Source: a virus
Length of the DNA: 64,000 bases
Reading direction: 5' to 3' (one strand)
IMG/VR virus record: IMGVR_UViG_3300028783_000001
Coordinates: 64,001-128,000 of that record
Shown: one piece after another, positions 44,751 to 55,352 of the stretch
Layout: every line of letters begins with the position of its first letter
How positions within the stretch are numbered: position 1 is the stretch's first letter
Translations under genes and position numbers: made by a program
The notes under the pieces: generated by a model
What the model saw: only the letters and a program-made list of their open reading frames with translations
Databases searched by the model: none
Told to the model about the DNA's origin: nothing

Positions 44751-45950
44751 TTATCCTGAAGATCCACCACTAGAGCCGCCACTTGCCCCACTACCGGAAC
44801 CGCTGGATCCATCCTCAGTCTCTGGTGGATCTTTCGCCTGAGATAGCGTTGGACGAGTCCCCTGCTCAGGTGCCTTCTGCGACTTGAAATCGGCTGATGC
44901 CTTGCTAGGCTGTCCACCACCACCGAGCACTATCGCAACGCTGGATGTAATATTTGGCGCGGCAATCTTGACGGCTGATCCGCCGATAAGGTTCAGCGTT
45001 CCCTTCGCTGATACCGTCACATCTGAACCGCCGACGACACTTAGCTTGTCCTTGCTCTGCACCGTCATTGCACCACCCGACGCGACGTTGGCCTTACCTT
45101 TGGCAACTACTGATAGATCACCACCAACACTTGCAGTGAAGTTGCCGTCGACGTAGAGCGTATGGTCACCAAACACAACCATGGTGAAGCCCTTTGGCCA
45201 CTTAGACTTTGCGTCCTGACTACCCTGCGTCTTGGTTCCACCGTTAACGAGGAAGTAGACGTTGCCTTCGCCGTCAATCTGGTATGTGCCGCGCCCGCAG
45301 TGAGTGCGCTCTATACAGTCAGTCTTGTTGTCGACGCCCCAGAAGTTTCCAGATGGATCGACCTTACCCCACGCCTGCGGATACGACTTCTCATATGCTC
45401 CACCGCTACTGCCAGTTTTGCATGAGCTACCAAAGGCCCAACCAGGAAGCTGCTGGTTGCTACCAGACCCCGAACTTGAGCTGGAACTAGAGGAATCGCT
45501 ACTGGAAGATCCTGATGTAGAGGAGCTACCTGAGCCTGATCCACCACCAGAACTCGTCATATCTCCGCTGCTCGTATTCTTACTGTCCCACTTGGTAAAG
45601 TCGGGCATCTTGGTATTTTGGTTTTGCACACCACCAATATAGCGTCCGTGGTATCGTGAGTCATCCTCGAAGTGAACCCATACCTTGGTGCCTACTGGAG
45701 GGATAGCGCCGTGGAAGCCGACATTGTTGGTGCCGCCGTACTGCGGTAAGTTTCCCGGTTCATACCAGGGGAGGTCATTATCGCTCTCTATATCATCATC
45801 CAGGTCAGGGATGCGAACCTTGATGCGCTGCTGCTCCTGATTGACCTTTTCCTGATCCTGCGAGTCGTCATTGTTGACTACGAATCCCTGTAGACGCGTG
45901 CCGGCGAGGTTACGACCGGAGAGTAGACGTGTTGGGTTTGCGAAGCTCAT
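44751..45950 (-). CDS. baseplate spike (gp5/gpV-like OB fold plus beta-helix)
   Basis: GFVVNNDD...RIKVRIP...LPW...PPVGTKVWVHFE; beta-helix repeats V.G.... Confidence 0.85.
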   Translation of the reverse strand: MSFANPTRLLSGRNLAGTRLQGFVVNNDDSQDQEKVNQEQQRIKVRIPDLDDDIESDNDLPWYEPGNLPQYGGTNNVGFHGAIPPVGTKVWVHFEDDSRYHGRYIGGVQNQNTKMPDFTKWDSKNTSSGDMTSSGGGSGSGSSSTSGSSSSDSSSSSSSSGSGSNQQLPGWAFGSSCKTGSSGGAYEKSYPQAWGKVDPSGNFWGVDNKTDCIERTHCGRGTYQIDGEGNVYFLVNGGTKTQGSQDAKSKWPKGFTMVVFGDHTLYVDGNFTASVGGDLSVVAKGKANVASGGAMTVQSKDKLSVVGGSDVTVSAKGTLNLIGGSAVKIAAPNITSSVAIVLGGGGQPSKASADFKSQKAPEQGTRPTLSQAKDPPETEDGSSGSGSGASGGSSGGSSG

Positions 45951-45951
45951 T

Positions 45952-47085
45952 CTATGCTCCCGTAAACTGAGCGTTTATGCCCTGGCTGATTAGCACAAAC
46001 TTCTCCCGATAGCTGCCCTTAGACATGTGCCTCGATATTGAGCTGACCTTATACATACCGCTATAGGCGGTGTTAATCGTTCCATCGCTCTGCGCAAGAG
46101 TTACCTTCACGTCATCCAACAACTTGTAAGTCGTTTGCTGACCCGTCATAGCATGTACCGTGGTCGTAAACGCCGCCTGCGCCTTGAGGTTGTTGTGAGC
46201 GGCCTGCGCGTAGTTTGCGTGCGTATTACCCACGTTTGGCGGATGATAGAGCGAGCGGACTAGACCTACGGCCGAAGATGCAGCTGAGCTAATTCCGATA
46301 TTGGATGTCTGGGATGTAATGTTCATTCCGAGAAATCTGTTGAGCGTCCCGTCTAGCTGTTCCTGCATTACCTTGTAGCCGTAGTTGACCCACGTGTTGA
46401 AGAACATCGCATCGGAGTGAGCACGATAGTCGTAGATTAGTATGTCACCTGTCGCAGCGAATGGTAGCGAGGCCATCGGTGTTCCACTACTTCCCTGCTT
46501 TAGAATATCCTTCATGCGCAGCTGCCACTGGCCATTTTGACTAGTGACAGCTAGCATTGGAGAGGCCCCTGAACCCATCCATGAGTGGTCTTGAAGGTCG
46601 CGCGCGAACTGATGCAGCGTCTTGCTGTTTGGCAACCACGTCATCTTATCCTGGGTTGCGTCGATGTCAGTAAGATTGATTCCACCGGCCTGGGCTAGCT
46701 GAGGCAGCACGTCGGATACGTTGCCGATAAAACGCTTGGTGTTAATCTTGGAGATCCACGGAAGCACGTCTGCCACGCCCGATATGGTAGCTGTCTCTCC
46801 AGCGACGTTTGCGGCGGAGTCTGCAAGCGACCACTGTAGGAAGTTGTAGGTCACGGGGGCGTTATGACCATCGCCCATGATCACCTGTATCTTCGAGCCG
46901 TCGGTAAACGCCCCAGCGGCGACCGCCTTGCGTCGCGCGTCTAAAAACGTCATTGATACGGTTGGCGCGGCGGACGTGGTATTGTCGATGATCGTGCACG
47001 ACTTTAGACCGTCTGATCCCAGCAACATATCCATGCCATTGATGAGCAGTCCAAATTCCCCCGTGTCGACGTTGCGAAAAGTCAT
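45952..47085 (-). CDS. baseplate hub protein (gp27-like)
   Basis: position; C-terminal YSGMYKVSSISR. Confidence 0.65.
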   Translation of the reverse strand: MTFRNVDTGEFGLLINGMDMLLGSDGLKSCTIIDNTTSAAPTVSMTFLDARRKAVAAGAFTDGSKIQVIMGDGHNAPVTYNFLQWSLADSAANVAGETATISGVADVLPWISKINTKRFIGNVSDVLPQLAQAGGINLTDIDATQDKMTWLPNSKTLHQFARDLQDHSWMGSGASPMLAVTSQNGQWQLRMKDILKQGSSGTPMASLPFAATGDILIYDYRAHSDAMFFNTWVNYGYKVMQEQLDGTLNRFLGMNITSQTSNIGISSAASSAVGLVRSLYHPPNVGNTHANYAQAAHNNLKAQAAFTTTVHAMTGQQTTYKLLDDVKVTLAQSDGTINTAYSGMYKVSSISRHMSKGSYREKFVLISQGINAQFTGA

Positions 47086-47095
47086 TTGTAGCGCC

Positions 47096-47500
47096 TCATA
47101 TCGTGATCACGGTACCGATCTGAACACCGGCGGGCGGAACCAGCGTCTTCAGATAGGCATCGATTGCGGTCTTCTGCGGTAGGCGCAAAAACATCCCTGG
47201 ACGTAGCTGCATCGGCGACGATAGCCCGTTGTAGGCAAGCAGGATCAGCCACATGTTCTGCACCCCATAGTGGGTGTAGCAAAACGTCGTAATCTTTCCG
47301 CCGCGCCACACCACAGGAGTCCATGAGGTGAGGCTCTGCAGCAGGTCGAGGAAGCGCTGGTCCAACGCGTCTACTAGCCAGTTGGTGGTTCCGGGGCGAA
47401 TCAGTTCATCCATTGGGGTTGTCGCATCTACAGTCGCGACTATCGACGATAGCTCGTAGGTGGGATCATAGCCCGGTGGAAGGGGAGTCTTATATGCCAT
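47096..47500 (-). CDS. gp53-like LysM-type baseplate wedge protein
   Basis: YGVQNMWLILLAYNGLSSPMQLRPGMFLRLP. Confidence 0.8.
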   Translation of the reverse strand: MAYKTPLPPGYDPTYELSSIVATVDATTPMDELIRPGTTNWLVDALDQRFLDLLQSLTSWTPVVWRGGKITTFCYTHYGVQNMWLILLAYNGLSSPMQLRPGMFLRLPQKTAIDAYLKTLVPPAGVQIGTVITI

Positions 47501-47512
47501 CGTGAGCCTCCC

Positions 47513-48202
47513 TTACGTTGCGCCAGCTGACGGCTGAACACCAGCCGCTAGCTTGAAGTAGGATAGAATTTCTGTTTGGTCAGGGATCGTATAGCTCATC
47601 AGTCCGACGTTTACGTTTGCCGCAACAGGATAACCACTCGTCTCAAACCTATTCTCAAACTCCCAGTCAAGCGTCGTCGGCACTAGACCGGTGATTATCA
47701 TTAGCTTTCCTACCGCTATGGTAATCATACCGCGAGCACTGTTTCCAGAGTTCCAGTATTCTAGCGGAGTAGGTCCTGGAGGCATCATGAATAGCGATCC
47801 GATAATGCTGGTGCCGATACTGTCACCAGTTCCCCGCATCGGTGAGTACATCTGTATCAAATTCTCTACTGGTGCTAGGACGTCGTTGGCCGGATTGTCC
47901 CATGCATCGAATCGCAGGCTCAAGTTTATGTCCAGCCCATTTGATCCACGCCACACGTGCGACGTGAGGAAGTTTGGTAGGAAGTTGTTACCTGAGAATA
48001 TCTGGCCTAAGTTGGCGGCGTTTGCGAGTGCGGAACCAACGACTCCACTATCACCTGATATTCCAATGGCCTCTAGGATGTTGACCCAGCGGTTGTCAAT
48101 CTTCAGCGTCAGCTTCGCCTGCGCGTTTGCCTGAACTGTGAGCCCAGATCCATTCTGCTGGATAGTGATTAAATATGAAGCATTCTGTCCTAATGCGGCC
48201 AT
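47513..48202 (-). CDS. tail tube initiator (gp48/gp54-like)
   Basis: VWRGS...LSLRF...G.PVAANVNV; position after tape measure. Confidence 0.6.
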   Translation of the reverse strand: MAALGQNASYLITIQQNGSGLTVQANAQAKLTLKIDNRWVNILEAIGISGDSGVVGSALANAANLGQIFSGNNFLPNFLTSHVWRGSNGLDINLSLRFDAWDNPANDVLAPVENLIQMYSPMRGTGDSIGTSIIGSLFMMPPGPTPLEYWNSGNSARGMITIAVGKLMIITGLVPTTLDWEFENRFETSGYPVAANVNVGLMSYTIPDQTEILSYFKLAAGVQPSAGAT

Positions 48203-48220
48203 GTGATGAGTATCCTGTTA

Positions 48221-50668
48221 TCATCTCTCAAACTGAGAGCCCATGCAGATAAGGCCAGCGGTGTTGCCGTTATTACGGTTGTTGCTATTCACGAAGAAAT
48301 CTGATGATCCCTGACCACTACCACCGTCATTGCTTGGGAACGCGGACCCACCACCATCATTCCCATTACCCTGGCTCGGAGAGCCACTAGGGGTAGTTGC
48401 AGGCAGCGGCCGGTCGGCAGCCACGACCGGAGGTTCTGATACGGCCTGCGCGCTAGCACCATCGCTCTGCTGTATCGGCTGGGGCGACGTAAGTGGTTGG
48501 GCGGCAGGTGATGTGGTAGCTGTTGGGATTGCTGGGAAGTTGCGCTCATCAGCACGCATGTCAATACTGCCGTGACTAGGCTGGGTCCCCATTTGCTTGT
48601 GCATAAAAGGATAGTTCTCGGTGGAAACCGATCCTGGAGTTGCTCCTTTCGCATTTGGACTAGAGTAGACACCGGCAGTGGTTGGTGCGGGCTGTTGTCC
48701 TATTGGGGTAGTGAAGATGTTGGTATTGGAGTATCCTGGACGCTGAGCACTACCAGAAGATCCCTGTATGTTTCGAACATAACCACCGACCGTGCTTGTC
48801 GCCGCCGCGTCGTTTGCACGAACGGCCTTGGGATTGTCGGCTGGTGGCTTCGGCGAGCGCGAAGAAAACTCAACGCTCTTACCGCTACCAATTGCTGGAT
48901 CGGGCTTTGCACCATACGACGTGATAGGTGGGGATATAAACGGCATTGCTGAATTTGATGCAACTGCCGACCCTGATGGGGCAGCTGGTGTAGGAGCCGA
49001 AGGTGTGGGTGGTATAGTAACAGGTGTGATGGTTGTAGTTGGGCTCGCCCTACTCGCCGTCGCCTGCTCAGCCTTCATCTCTTTGAAGCCCTTGCGAGCC
49101 TCTGGCATGTATTCGGGATTGTCCTTGAGACCTTCCCAGCGACCGAGCTTCGGTCCAGTAGTTGCAGCTTTGGCTCCTAGAGCATCCTGCGTAGCCTTAT
49201 CCATCTTCGTCTTGTCTGGATCCATACCAAGTTTTTGTGCCATCTCTGCAGTAGTCGTACCAGTCATCTGATAACGACCAGTAGCTGAAGACGTTTTGTT
49301 CCACGAAACGTGCCCACCCTGCTTGTTGGAAGCCATTGCTTGGGCCTTACGGCGCTCTACACCGTCAGCGATAGCCTCATTAATCGTCATCTGCGTTATT
49401 GGTGTATCCGACTTTCCATACTTTCCATTGCCAAATACAGAGTCGTACTCGTGGCCACCACCTCCAGCAGCGGTTCCCTCCGACTTGGATATAGCATCTA
49501 ACATGCGAGCGCTACCGTGCGGAGTCTCAGAGCCAGAGGCACCATGGGGAACGACAGTTCCTGATTTCGGTGGAACGAATACCGCTGGACCACTAGAGTT
49601 TATGCCCTGTGCTGAACTACTGCCAGCTGGCTTAAACTTTTCGCCGCCACGCTCGTTTACGACGTAGGGTTGGCCCTTGTTAACAGGACCTCCACCAGCA
49701 CGCGCCGGCATCGAGCCAGGTGTGGTTCCAACCACACCTGTGGCTGGGGTTGTGGGTACTGGTTTTGCCGCTGGTGTAGAAGACGGTTCAGCAGAACCAG
49801 TGGTTGCAGTTGGTGTGGCGACGGAATCATACCCGATACCAAACAGCGTCCACAACCAGTCCTTAATTGCACGCTTAGCACTCTCCCAGAAGGAGCATAC
49901 GGCATCCCTGACGCCATCAATTATGCTGGCCTTAATCTTGGAGTCGTCTGGCTTGATGTCCATGTCGGAGGACGACGGCTTAGAGTCCGACTCAAACTTC
50001 GCGGCTTGGGTAATCTCCCACTTGCCCTCTGCTTCAGCAATACCAGCGATTAGTCCGTATCCAGATTTTATGAGGCTCCACCCAGTCTTGGCAGCACCCT
50101 TGACAAAGCTTGTTACGGAATCGACGGTTACGTGAGATAATGCATCAGCTACGAGGTCATACCCATACTTGACCAGCTTCCAGGTTACTGATGCGATGCC
50201 CTCAAGCAGCTCGGTTCCCTTATTCGCTGCCCAGTCAACAATCTCCTTGGTCCTCTCACCGCCGTCGCCCTCACCATGCTCTGGTCGCTGACCAGGAATC
50301 GCGCCGTTCTTGTGCTGGTTATTATGCTGGATTGCAGCTACAGCTAGTCCAATACCAGCGCCAATGAGCGCACCAACAATGTCGCCCTTGCCGTGTAGCT
50401 TAGATCCGACCTTAGCGCGCTTTACAGCTGCGGTCTTGACCTTCTTCTGCTTGGCGACTTTTGCAGTCTTTGCCGGCGCGGCGGCGCTGCCCTTTGCTAT
50501 CGCGGCAAACGCCTTATCGAGCCTGTCAAATAGCCGACTCGACTGCAAGCGCGTGTTCGACAGGCTCGTGGTATTGTCAACAGGGATTAGTAGCGCCTCC
50601 TTTGCAGAGGGCGCGGCATTGCCACCGCTGAGGATGTCTCGGAGAAGGCGTGTAAGCGATGCCTGCAT
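48221..50668 (-). CDS. tape-measure-like tail protein with lambda-type (GH104-like) lysozyme domain
   Basis: RAGGGPV...YVVNERG; LDAISKSEG...YDSVFG...SSATGRYQM...QDALG...WEGL. Confidence 0.75.
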   Translation of the reverse strand: MQASLTRLLRDILSGGNAAPSAKEALLIPVDNTTSLSNTRLQSSRLFDRLDKAFAAIAKGSAAAPAKTAKVAKQKKVKTAAVKRAKVGSKLHGKGDIVGALIGAGIGLAVAAIQHNNQHKNGAIPGQRPEHGEGDGGERTKEIVDWAANKGTELLEGIASVTWKLVKYGYDLVADALSHVTVDSVTSFVKGAAKTGWSLIKSGYGLIAGIAEAEGKWEITQAAKFESDSKPSSSDMDIKPDDSKIKASIIDGVRDAVCSFWESAKRAIKDWLWTLFGIGYDSVATPTATTGSAEPSSTPAAKPVPTTPATGVVGTTPGSMPARAGGGPVNKGQPYVVNERGGEKFKPAGSSSAQGINSSGPAVFVPPKSGTVVPHGASGSETPHGSARMLDAISKSEGTAAGGGGHEYDSVFGNGKYGKSDTPITQMTINEAIADGVERRKAQAMASNKQGGHVSWNKTSSATGRYQMTGTTTAEMAQKLGMDPDKTKMDKATQDALGAKAATTGPKLGRWEGLKDNPEYMPEARKGFKEMKAEQATASRASPTTTITPVTIPPTPSAPTPAAPSGSAVASNSAMPFISPPITSYGAKPDPAIGSGKSVEFSSRSPKPPADNPKAVRANDAAATSTVGGYVRNIQGSSGSAQRPGYSNTNIFTTPIGQQPAPTTAGVYSSPNAKGATPGSVSTENYPFMHKQMGTQPSHGSIDMRADERNFPAIPTATTSPAAQPLTSPQPIQQSDGASAQAVSEPPVVAADRPLPATTPSGSPSQGNGNDGGGSAFPSNDGGSGQGSSDFFVNSNNRNNGNTAGLICMGSQFER

Positions 50669-50678
50669 CAGTTCCTCC

Positions 50679-53600
50679 TCACGATAGGATTGTTAGGGCG
50701 AGCGACGTTGCACCAGCCTGTAGGCACGACGCGATGTCTGCTATACTAATGTCACCAACACCAACACCGCGTGAGGAATCAGCACTACTCGCCTTACCCT
50801 CCGACTCATTGTTTGGTGCAGGCGGTGATTGATTTGATTCCGCGAGCGACGACGGCTCGGTATCTCCCCCACCACCGCCCGACGCCGATGCTGAAGCTGT
50901 AGGAGTTGTTGTTGTAGTCGGAGTGGGCGTAGGTGCAGACGATGCGCTGGATGTAGGTGTAGCTGCCGCGCTCGGAGTGTTTGAGTTCCCCGCCGTAGCA
51001 TCTGATGGTGTAGTTGCCGACGGTGCAGAGGTCGTGCTAGAGGCCGTAGCTGTTGCGGCCGCAGGCGCAGGTGTAGCTGTAGCAGGCTCTGCACTAGCAG
51101 CTGGTGTAGTTGTGTTAGATACGTTTGCTTGCGTAGGCGTATCTGAAGAGGCAACGTCCTTAGTTGCGGGCGTAGCTGAATTTCCCCCAGCTGCCATGTT
51201 TGCTGGTGTGCCGCCCCACGTGGGATCAGCAGGGTCCGCCGCGCTCGCCTTGTTCACCGACTTAGTTGTTGCATTTGGTGCGGCCGGCTGCGCTGGTGTA
51301 GCCTGGCCCTGCTGTCCGTTGGTTGGTGTAGAACCATCCGACTTCCCAGATTTTGCTGGTGCAGCTGGATTCTGAGATGGGTCTGCATTCTTATTTCCAG
51401 AGGAGAATGCTGGGTCGAGACTGGCATTTCCGGTATCGTTTAAGCGGTGCAGGGTGTAGTTGTCGTAACCCGGTAGAATTTTGGACTGCTTTCCATCGGA
51501 TACCCAAGTTCCATTTCCGATGTAAGTCTGGATATGACCCTTTCCACTAGCATGCCCACCAGATGCAGAGACGACGTCACCAACCTTCCACTGTGACTGG
51601 TCGTGCATGTAATCCTTACCGATTGGCTGTGCATCTGCATACTTACCGCTCTTTTGCAACACACCATTGTTTGCATAGGCGTCGGCGTCACCACTGTGAG
51701 AAAACTTGGTTCCACCTGTCATGGCGGAGGCCGCACTCAGTGCTCCCTGAACGCAACCGCCGCGCATGCTCTTAGTTCCCTCCGCACCGTAGCTTGGACG
51801 CTTGGTTCCCTCAGCCCAGTCACGCTTTGCGATGTCCTTAGCGTTTGCGAGCATGGCCTCCTGGGCCTTGGGATCAATCTTTCCCTGCGGCGTCGACGCC
51901 GCTGGTTGCGCCGGCGCACCAGTCTTAGGGTCCCACGATGAGGATGCACCAGCACCACCGGCTGATCCTCCACCAGGCTTTACACCAACCCCATGTGGTG
52001 AGGATGAAACAGCCTTTGATCCATCAGGATTGTCTGCTAGCTTGCTGTAATAGTCGCCATACTTTCCTGCTAGTGCGCCGCGCTCGCGACTATTTTGACC
52101 ACCTGGCATGCGGTCTCGCGCACGCTCCCAGTGCTGAAGCCACCAGTCTGATTTCTGTTGCGACGTTCCCTTACCGTTTTTAAACTCCTCCATCTCCTTG
52201 GGAGATACCTTCGATAGGCTAGATGGCTCGTGGTTTAGGGCATAGTCGACCTGGACCTTGTGGTCATATGGATTCAGCTTGTTCTGTGCAGCGTAGTTTT
52301 TAAACGCATCCTGGCGGTCACCGTTTAACTGGAACAGGCCAAAACTACGCTCACCATGATTATTCTCAGCACTACTCTTGAACCCTTGGCTCTCGACATT
52401 AGCGTTGCCGGCAAGAGCGGCAGCAGCCGCGTGGTTGGCCCCAGACGACCGAGCAGCGTTCATTACCATTGCGGCGCGCTGGTAGTTTTCTGCAGAATAA
52501 TTGGATGTGCCTCTTGCCCAGTTAATCTTGGTAGGGTCTCCTGGAACCTGCTTTCCCCCACCCTGGTCTGGGGCGGCGGTCGACCCTGCTGGTGTAAGTG
52601 TTCCTTCCTGACGTGGGAGGTCAAGTGCACCACCTTGCTGCATGAATGCTGGCGATTGCGGCGTACCACTATAACCACCCTTTGGTGTCGGTGTCTGCGT
52701 CGCGTTGTTTTGCTGCGCACCAAACATGTCGGTGGCAGTAGTGTTCGTTCCAGCCGGACCAAAGCCAAACTGCGCTGGACCTGTTCCAATCGCCGGTTGA
52801 CCAGGAGTGGGTTTTGTAGGATCGGCTTGTGGGCCTGGGCCTACATACGCATTGGGTAGCGGAACGGTCGTCAGATCAGGTGGAAGGTTTGGCGACTTTC
52901 CCGATGGCGTGTTGGTGTATCCACCAACGCTTGGATGATGACGCTGCCCATTAAACCCCTGGGTATTCATCTTTGGTGCCGATGCACCTTCGTTACCACC
53001 AGCACCACTCTTGGCGGGCGTCTTCGAGGTAGACTCCTCACCACCAGTCCCGCCGGCCCACGTTGGCAGCTTAGACAGCACCCACTTCTTCAGCTCGCCT
53101 AACCACTCAAGTGCCAGTGACGATAGGTTATGAACGCTGATCGCTGCACGTAAATTTGTAGATACGGTATCCAGCCACGCGTTTAGGTTTGTCCCTTGCC
53201 TCGACATCCATTCGCCAATGATGGTCTTGTATTTGCTGACCGACGTCTTGATTCCTTCCCACGTCTCCTGGATCATATGACCAGCGATGGATAGTGCCTT
53301 GCCGCTGGTCACGCTCTCCCACGCCGACTTAGCACCGTCTATTACAGACTTCCCAGTATCCGCGATAAAGGATCGTGTCGACTCCCACGAACTGCTAATC
53401 TTATCTGTGGCACGGTCCCACACGCGCGTCCAGCCGCTAACAATCTTAGCACCGACGCGGCCCCAGCTAGTCTTACCGTGCTCCCATATGTCTTGCGTGG
53501 TATTTAGTAGCCAGGCCGTTCCCGCACCAGCCGCAGCACCAACTACGGCACCTGGAATACCAGCAACCATAAAACCAAACCCACCACCCATCTCTGCGGC

Positions 53601-54107
53601 GGACAACAGGCTTGTGCGACCAGTCTTACGGTGGCTGCTGTAGACTCCGTAGGCACCGTGCGCGGTAGCTAGTGGGGCGGCTATCATGCCAAGGAGCCTA
53701 CCAGCCTTGCTCAGCAACGGCTTGGCATACTTAGCAAAGAGCGCACCCTCAGCGAAGTCTAGGATGCTGCTTCCTCCTCCACCTCCACCACCACCACCGG
53801 TTGATGCGGTTGCACCATTATCACTAGTTGGGCTACTAGCGTTTGCCGCAGCGACAGCCTTGGCACGCTCGGAAGGTGCAGCTGGATCCCTGGCTGTTAT
53901 GGCGGCAGCGGTAGCGGCAGCCTTCTGCCCAGCAAGCACCTTCTCGACCGACTTGGTAAGCCGCGTCAGTCGCTGAATAACAGTTCCCACAATCAGCGTT
54001 GCACCTACGCTCTTGTTGCTTAGAACAAGAGTCGCCTCAGTGACCGGGTGCCCCTTGGCCCCCCGGTCTTTCTGCATAAAGGATGCTGCTTGTGATACTG
54101 ATATCAT
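50679..54107 (-). CDS. tape-measure-like protein with phage tail lysozyme and CHAP/NlpC-like domains
   Basis: Trp-spaced helical repeats; AAAALAGNANVES...GLFQLNGDR...QVDY; GCVQG...GDVVS...GHIQTY...WVSD. Confidence 0.8.
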   Translation of the reverse strand: MISVSQAASFMQKDRGAKGHPVTEATLVLSNKSVGATLIVGTVIQRLTRLTKSVEKVLAGQKAAATAAAITARDPAAPSERAKAVAAANASSPTSDNGATASTGGGGGGGGGSSILDFAEGALFAKYAKPLLSKAGRLLGMIAAPLATAHGAYGVYSSHRKTGRTSLLSAAEMGGGFGFMVAGIPGAVVGAAAGAGTAWLLNTTQDIWEHGKTSWGRVGAKIVSGWTRVWDRATDKISSSWESTRSFIADTGKSVIDGAKSAWESVTSGKALSIAGHMIQETWEGIKTSVSKYKTIIGEWMSRQGTNLNAWLDTVSTNLRAAISVHNLSSLALEWLGELKKWVLSKLPTWAGGTGGEESTSKTPAKSGAGGNEGASAPKMNTQGFNGQRHHPSVGGYTNTPSGKSPNLPPDLTTVPLPNAYVGPGPQADPTKPTPGQPAIGTGPAQFGFGPAGTNTTATDMFGAQQNNATQTPTPKGGYSGTPQSPAFMQQGGALDLPRQEGTLTPAGSTAAPDQGGGKQVPGDPTKINWARGTSNYSAENYQRAAMVMNAARSSGANHAAAAALAGNANVESQGFKSSAENNHGERSFGLFQLNGDRQDAFKNYAAQNKLNPYDHKVQVDYALNHEPSSLSKVSPKEMEEFKNGKGTSQQKSDWWLQHWERARDRMPGGQNSRERGALAGKYGDYYSKLADNPDGSKAVSSSPHGVGVKPGGGSAGGAGASSSWDPKTGAPAQPAASTPQGKIDPKAQEAMLANAKDIAKRDWAEGTKRPSYGAEGTKSMRGGCVQGALSAASAMTGGTKFSHSGDADAYANNGVLQKSGKYADAQPIGKDYMHDQSQWKVGDVVSASGGHASGKGHIQTYIGNGTWVSDGKQSKILPGYDNYTLHRLNDTGNASLDPAFSSGNKNADPSQNPAAPAKSGKSDGSTPTNGQQGQATPAQPAAPNATTKSVNKASAADPADPTWGGTPANMAAGGNSATPATKDVASSDTPTQANVSNTTTPAASAEPATATPAPAAATATASSTTSAPSATTPSDATAGNSNTPSAAATPTSSASSAPTPTPTTTTTPTASASASGGGGGDTEPSSLAESNQSPPAPNNESEGKASSADSSRGVGVGDISIADIASCLQAGATSLALTILS

Positions 54108-54111
54108 GCCG

Positions 54112-54298
54112 TTAGCGCCTCTTGGGCTTGTTCTTGTTTGTCAATGCAACGAGCCTCGCCTGTGATAGGTCCGTCTCTAGGATGTTGCTCCAATGCATGA
54201 ACCACGAGAACGGTATGCCGGTCACTGGTAGCTTCGTGTGCATCGCCACATTGTACATGCGGTTCAGCACATCCTCAAGGCTAGATATAGGGAAACAT
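54112..54298 (-). CDS. small chaperone extension ORF, probably reached by frameshift from the upstream gene
   Basis: SLEDVLNRMYNVAMH... lies in the +1 frame and has no well-spaced RBS/start. Confidence 0.5.
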
Positions 54299-55327
54299 GC
54301 TAAAGAGGTTGAAGGCCAGTGGCACCTCCTCGGCCTTAGCTTTTGGAGTTTGTCCTGCATCAATCAAGTCTTGGATGCGCTTGGCCTCTGCCAGCGATGC
54401 CTCAGAGTCTGAGTTGCGCAGAAATTCCAACGCAGCTACCGGCTCAAACTGGGTATCGATAATGGAGGCAATCTCCTGAAGGCCGAAGTTTTGATACGTC
54501 TCAGCAAACTTGTCGATGTCCTCGAAGATTTGAAACTTGGTACCCCTTCCGATTTCCTGCAGGCGGTTTATACGTGCAGTTACGGTTGGGATGCGATCAC
54601 CCTTCGACTTCAGCGCTTCAATCTCAGCAGACAGCGGAGCCGGGTCGATGAACTGCGCCCGGTCAAATAGGTACATCGTGTCCTCTTCGATGGCGTTAAT
54701 CTCGACGGTTTCTAGGTCACGTGCTGTGGGAACCGCAAACCCCTTGCTGATATCAGCCAGGTAGTCGGCACGGTTCTTGTCGAGTCGCGTCTCCTTGATG
54801 TTCGTGCTGTTGACGTTTACGTCGATTCTGTTTCCATACCAGGAGAGCCATTGCACCTTGACGCTCGTATTTGCGTAGCTGTTGCGGCGGTGCCACAGGC
54901 ACAGGGCACGGAAGTCGCCAATGGATAGCTCACGCGAGTCACGGTTGCAGGTGCTGGCGATGACGTCGAGAATCAGTGAGATGTTCTTGTGCCGCACGGC
55001 GCGAGCCAGCTTCGCCTGATCCATCGGTTCAAAACGACGGACGCTGATGCTAGACCAGTCGTAGAAGATGAAGCTCGATGGCAGGTCTACCTGTTCCCAC
55101 GACGAGTCTAGCACTACGCCCGATGCATCAAGTGGCGTAGACTCCTCAGTCGGGTTTGGGTTCTTATCTGGAACCAGCTCGACGTATGCCTGCTGTGGCG
55201 GCTGAGCGGCCTTGACAGCTAAGTGCTTACGAAACTCGGCGTTTGCCTTGTCGCGCTCTGCCTGGATCTCCGCTGCCAACTTGGCATTTGCCGGGCGACC
55301 TGGCCTGGGCGTAAATTTTGACGACAT
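54281..55327 (-). CDS. baseplate hub/tail assembly chaperone (T4 gp26-like)
   Basis: VDLPS..FY, ELSIGDFRALCLWHRRNSY; lies between tube and tape-measure genes. Confidence 0.7.
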   Translation of the reverse strand: MSSKFTPRPGRPANAKLAAEIQAERDKANAEFRKHLAVKAAQPPQQAYVELVPDKNPNPTEESTPLDASGVVLDSSWEQVDLPSSFIFYDWSSISVRRFEPMDQAKLARAVRHKNISLILDVIASTCNRDSRELSIGDFRALCLWHRRNSYANTSVKVQWLSWYGNRIDVNVNSTNIKETRLDKNRADYLADISKGFAVPTARDLETVEINAIEEDTMYLFDRAQFIDPAPLSAEIEALKSKGDRIPTVTARINRLQEIGRGTKFQIFEDIDKFAETYQNFGLQEIASIIDTQFEPVAALEFLRNSDSEASLAEAKRIQDLIDAGQTPKAKAEEVPLAFNLFSMFPYI

Positions 55328-55352
55328 GTTGTATTCCTCTTACAGGTTTAAA

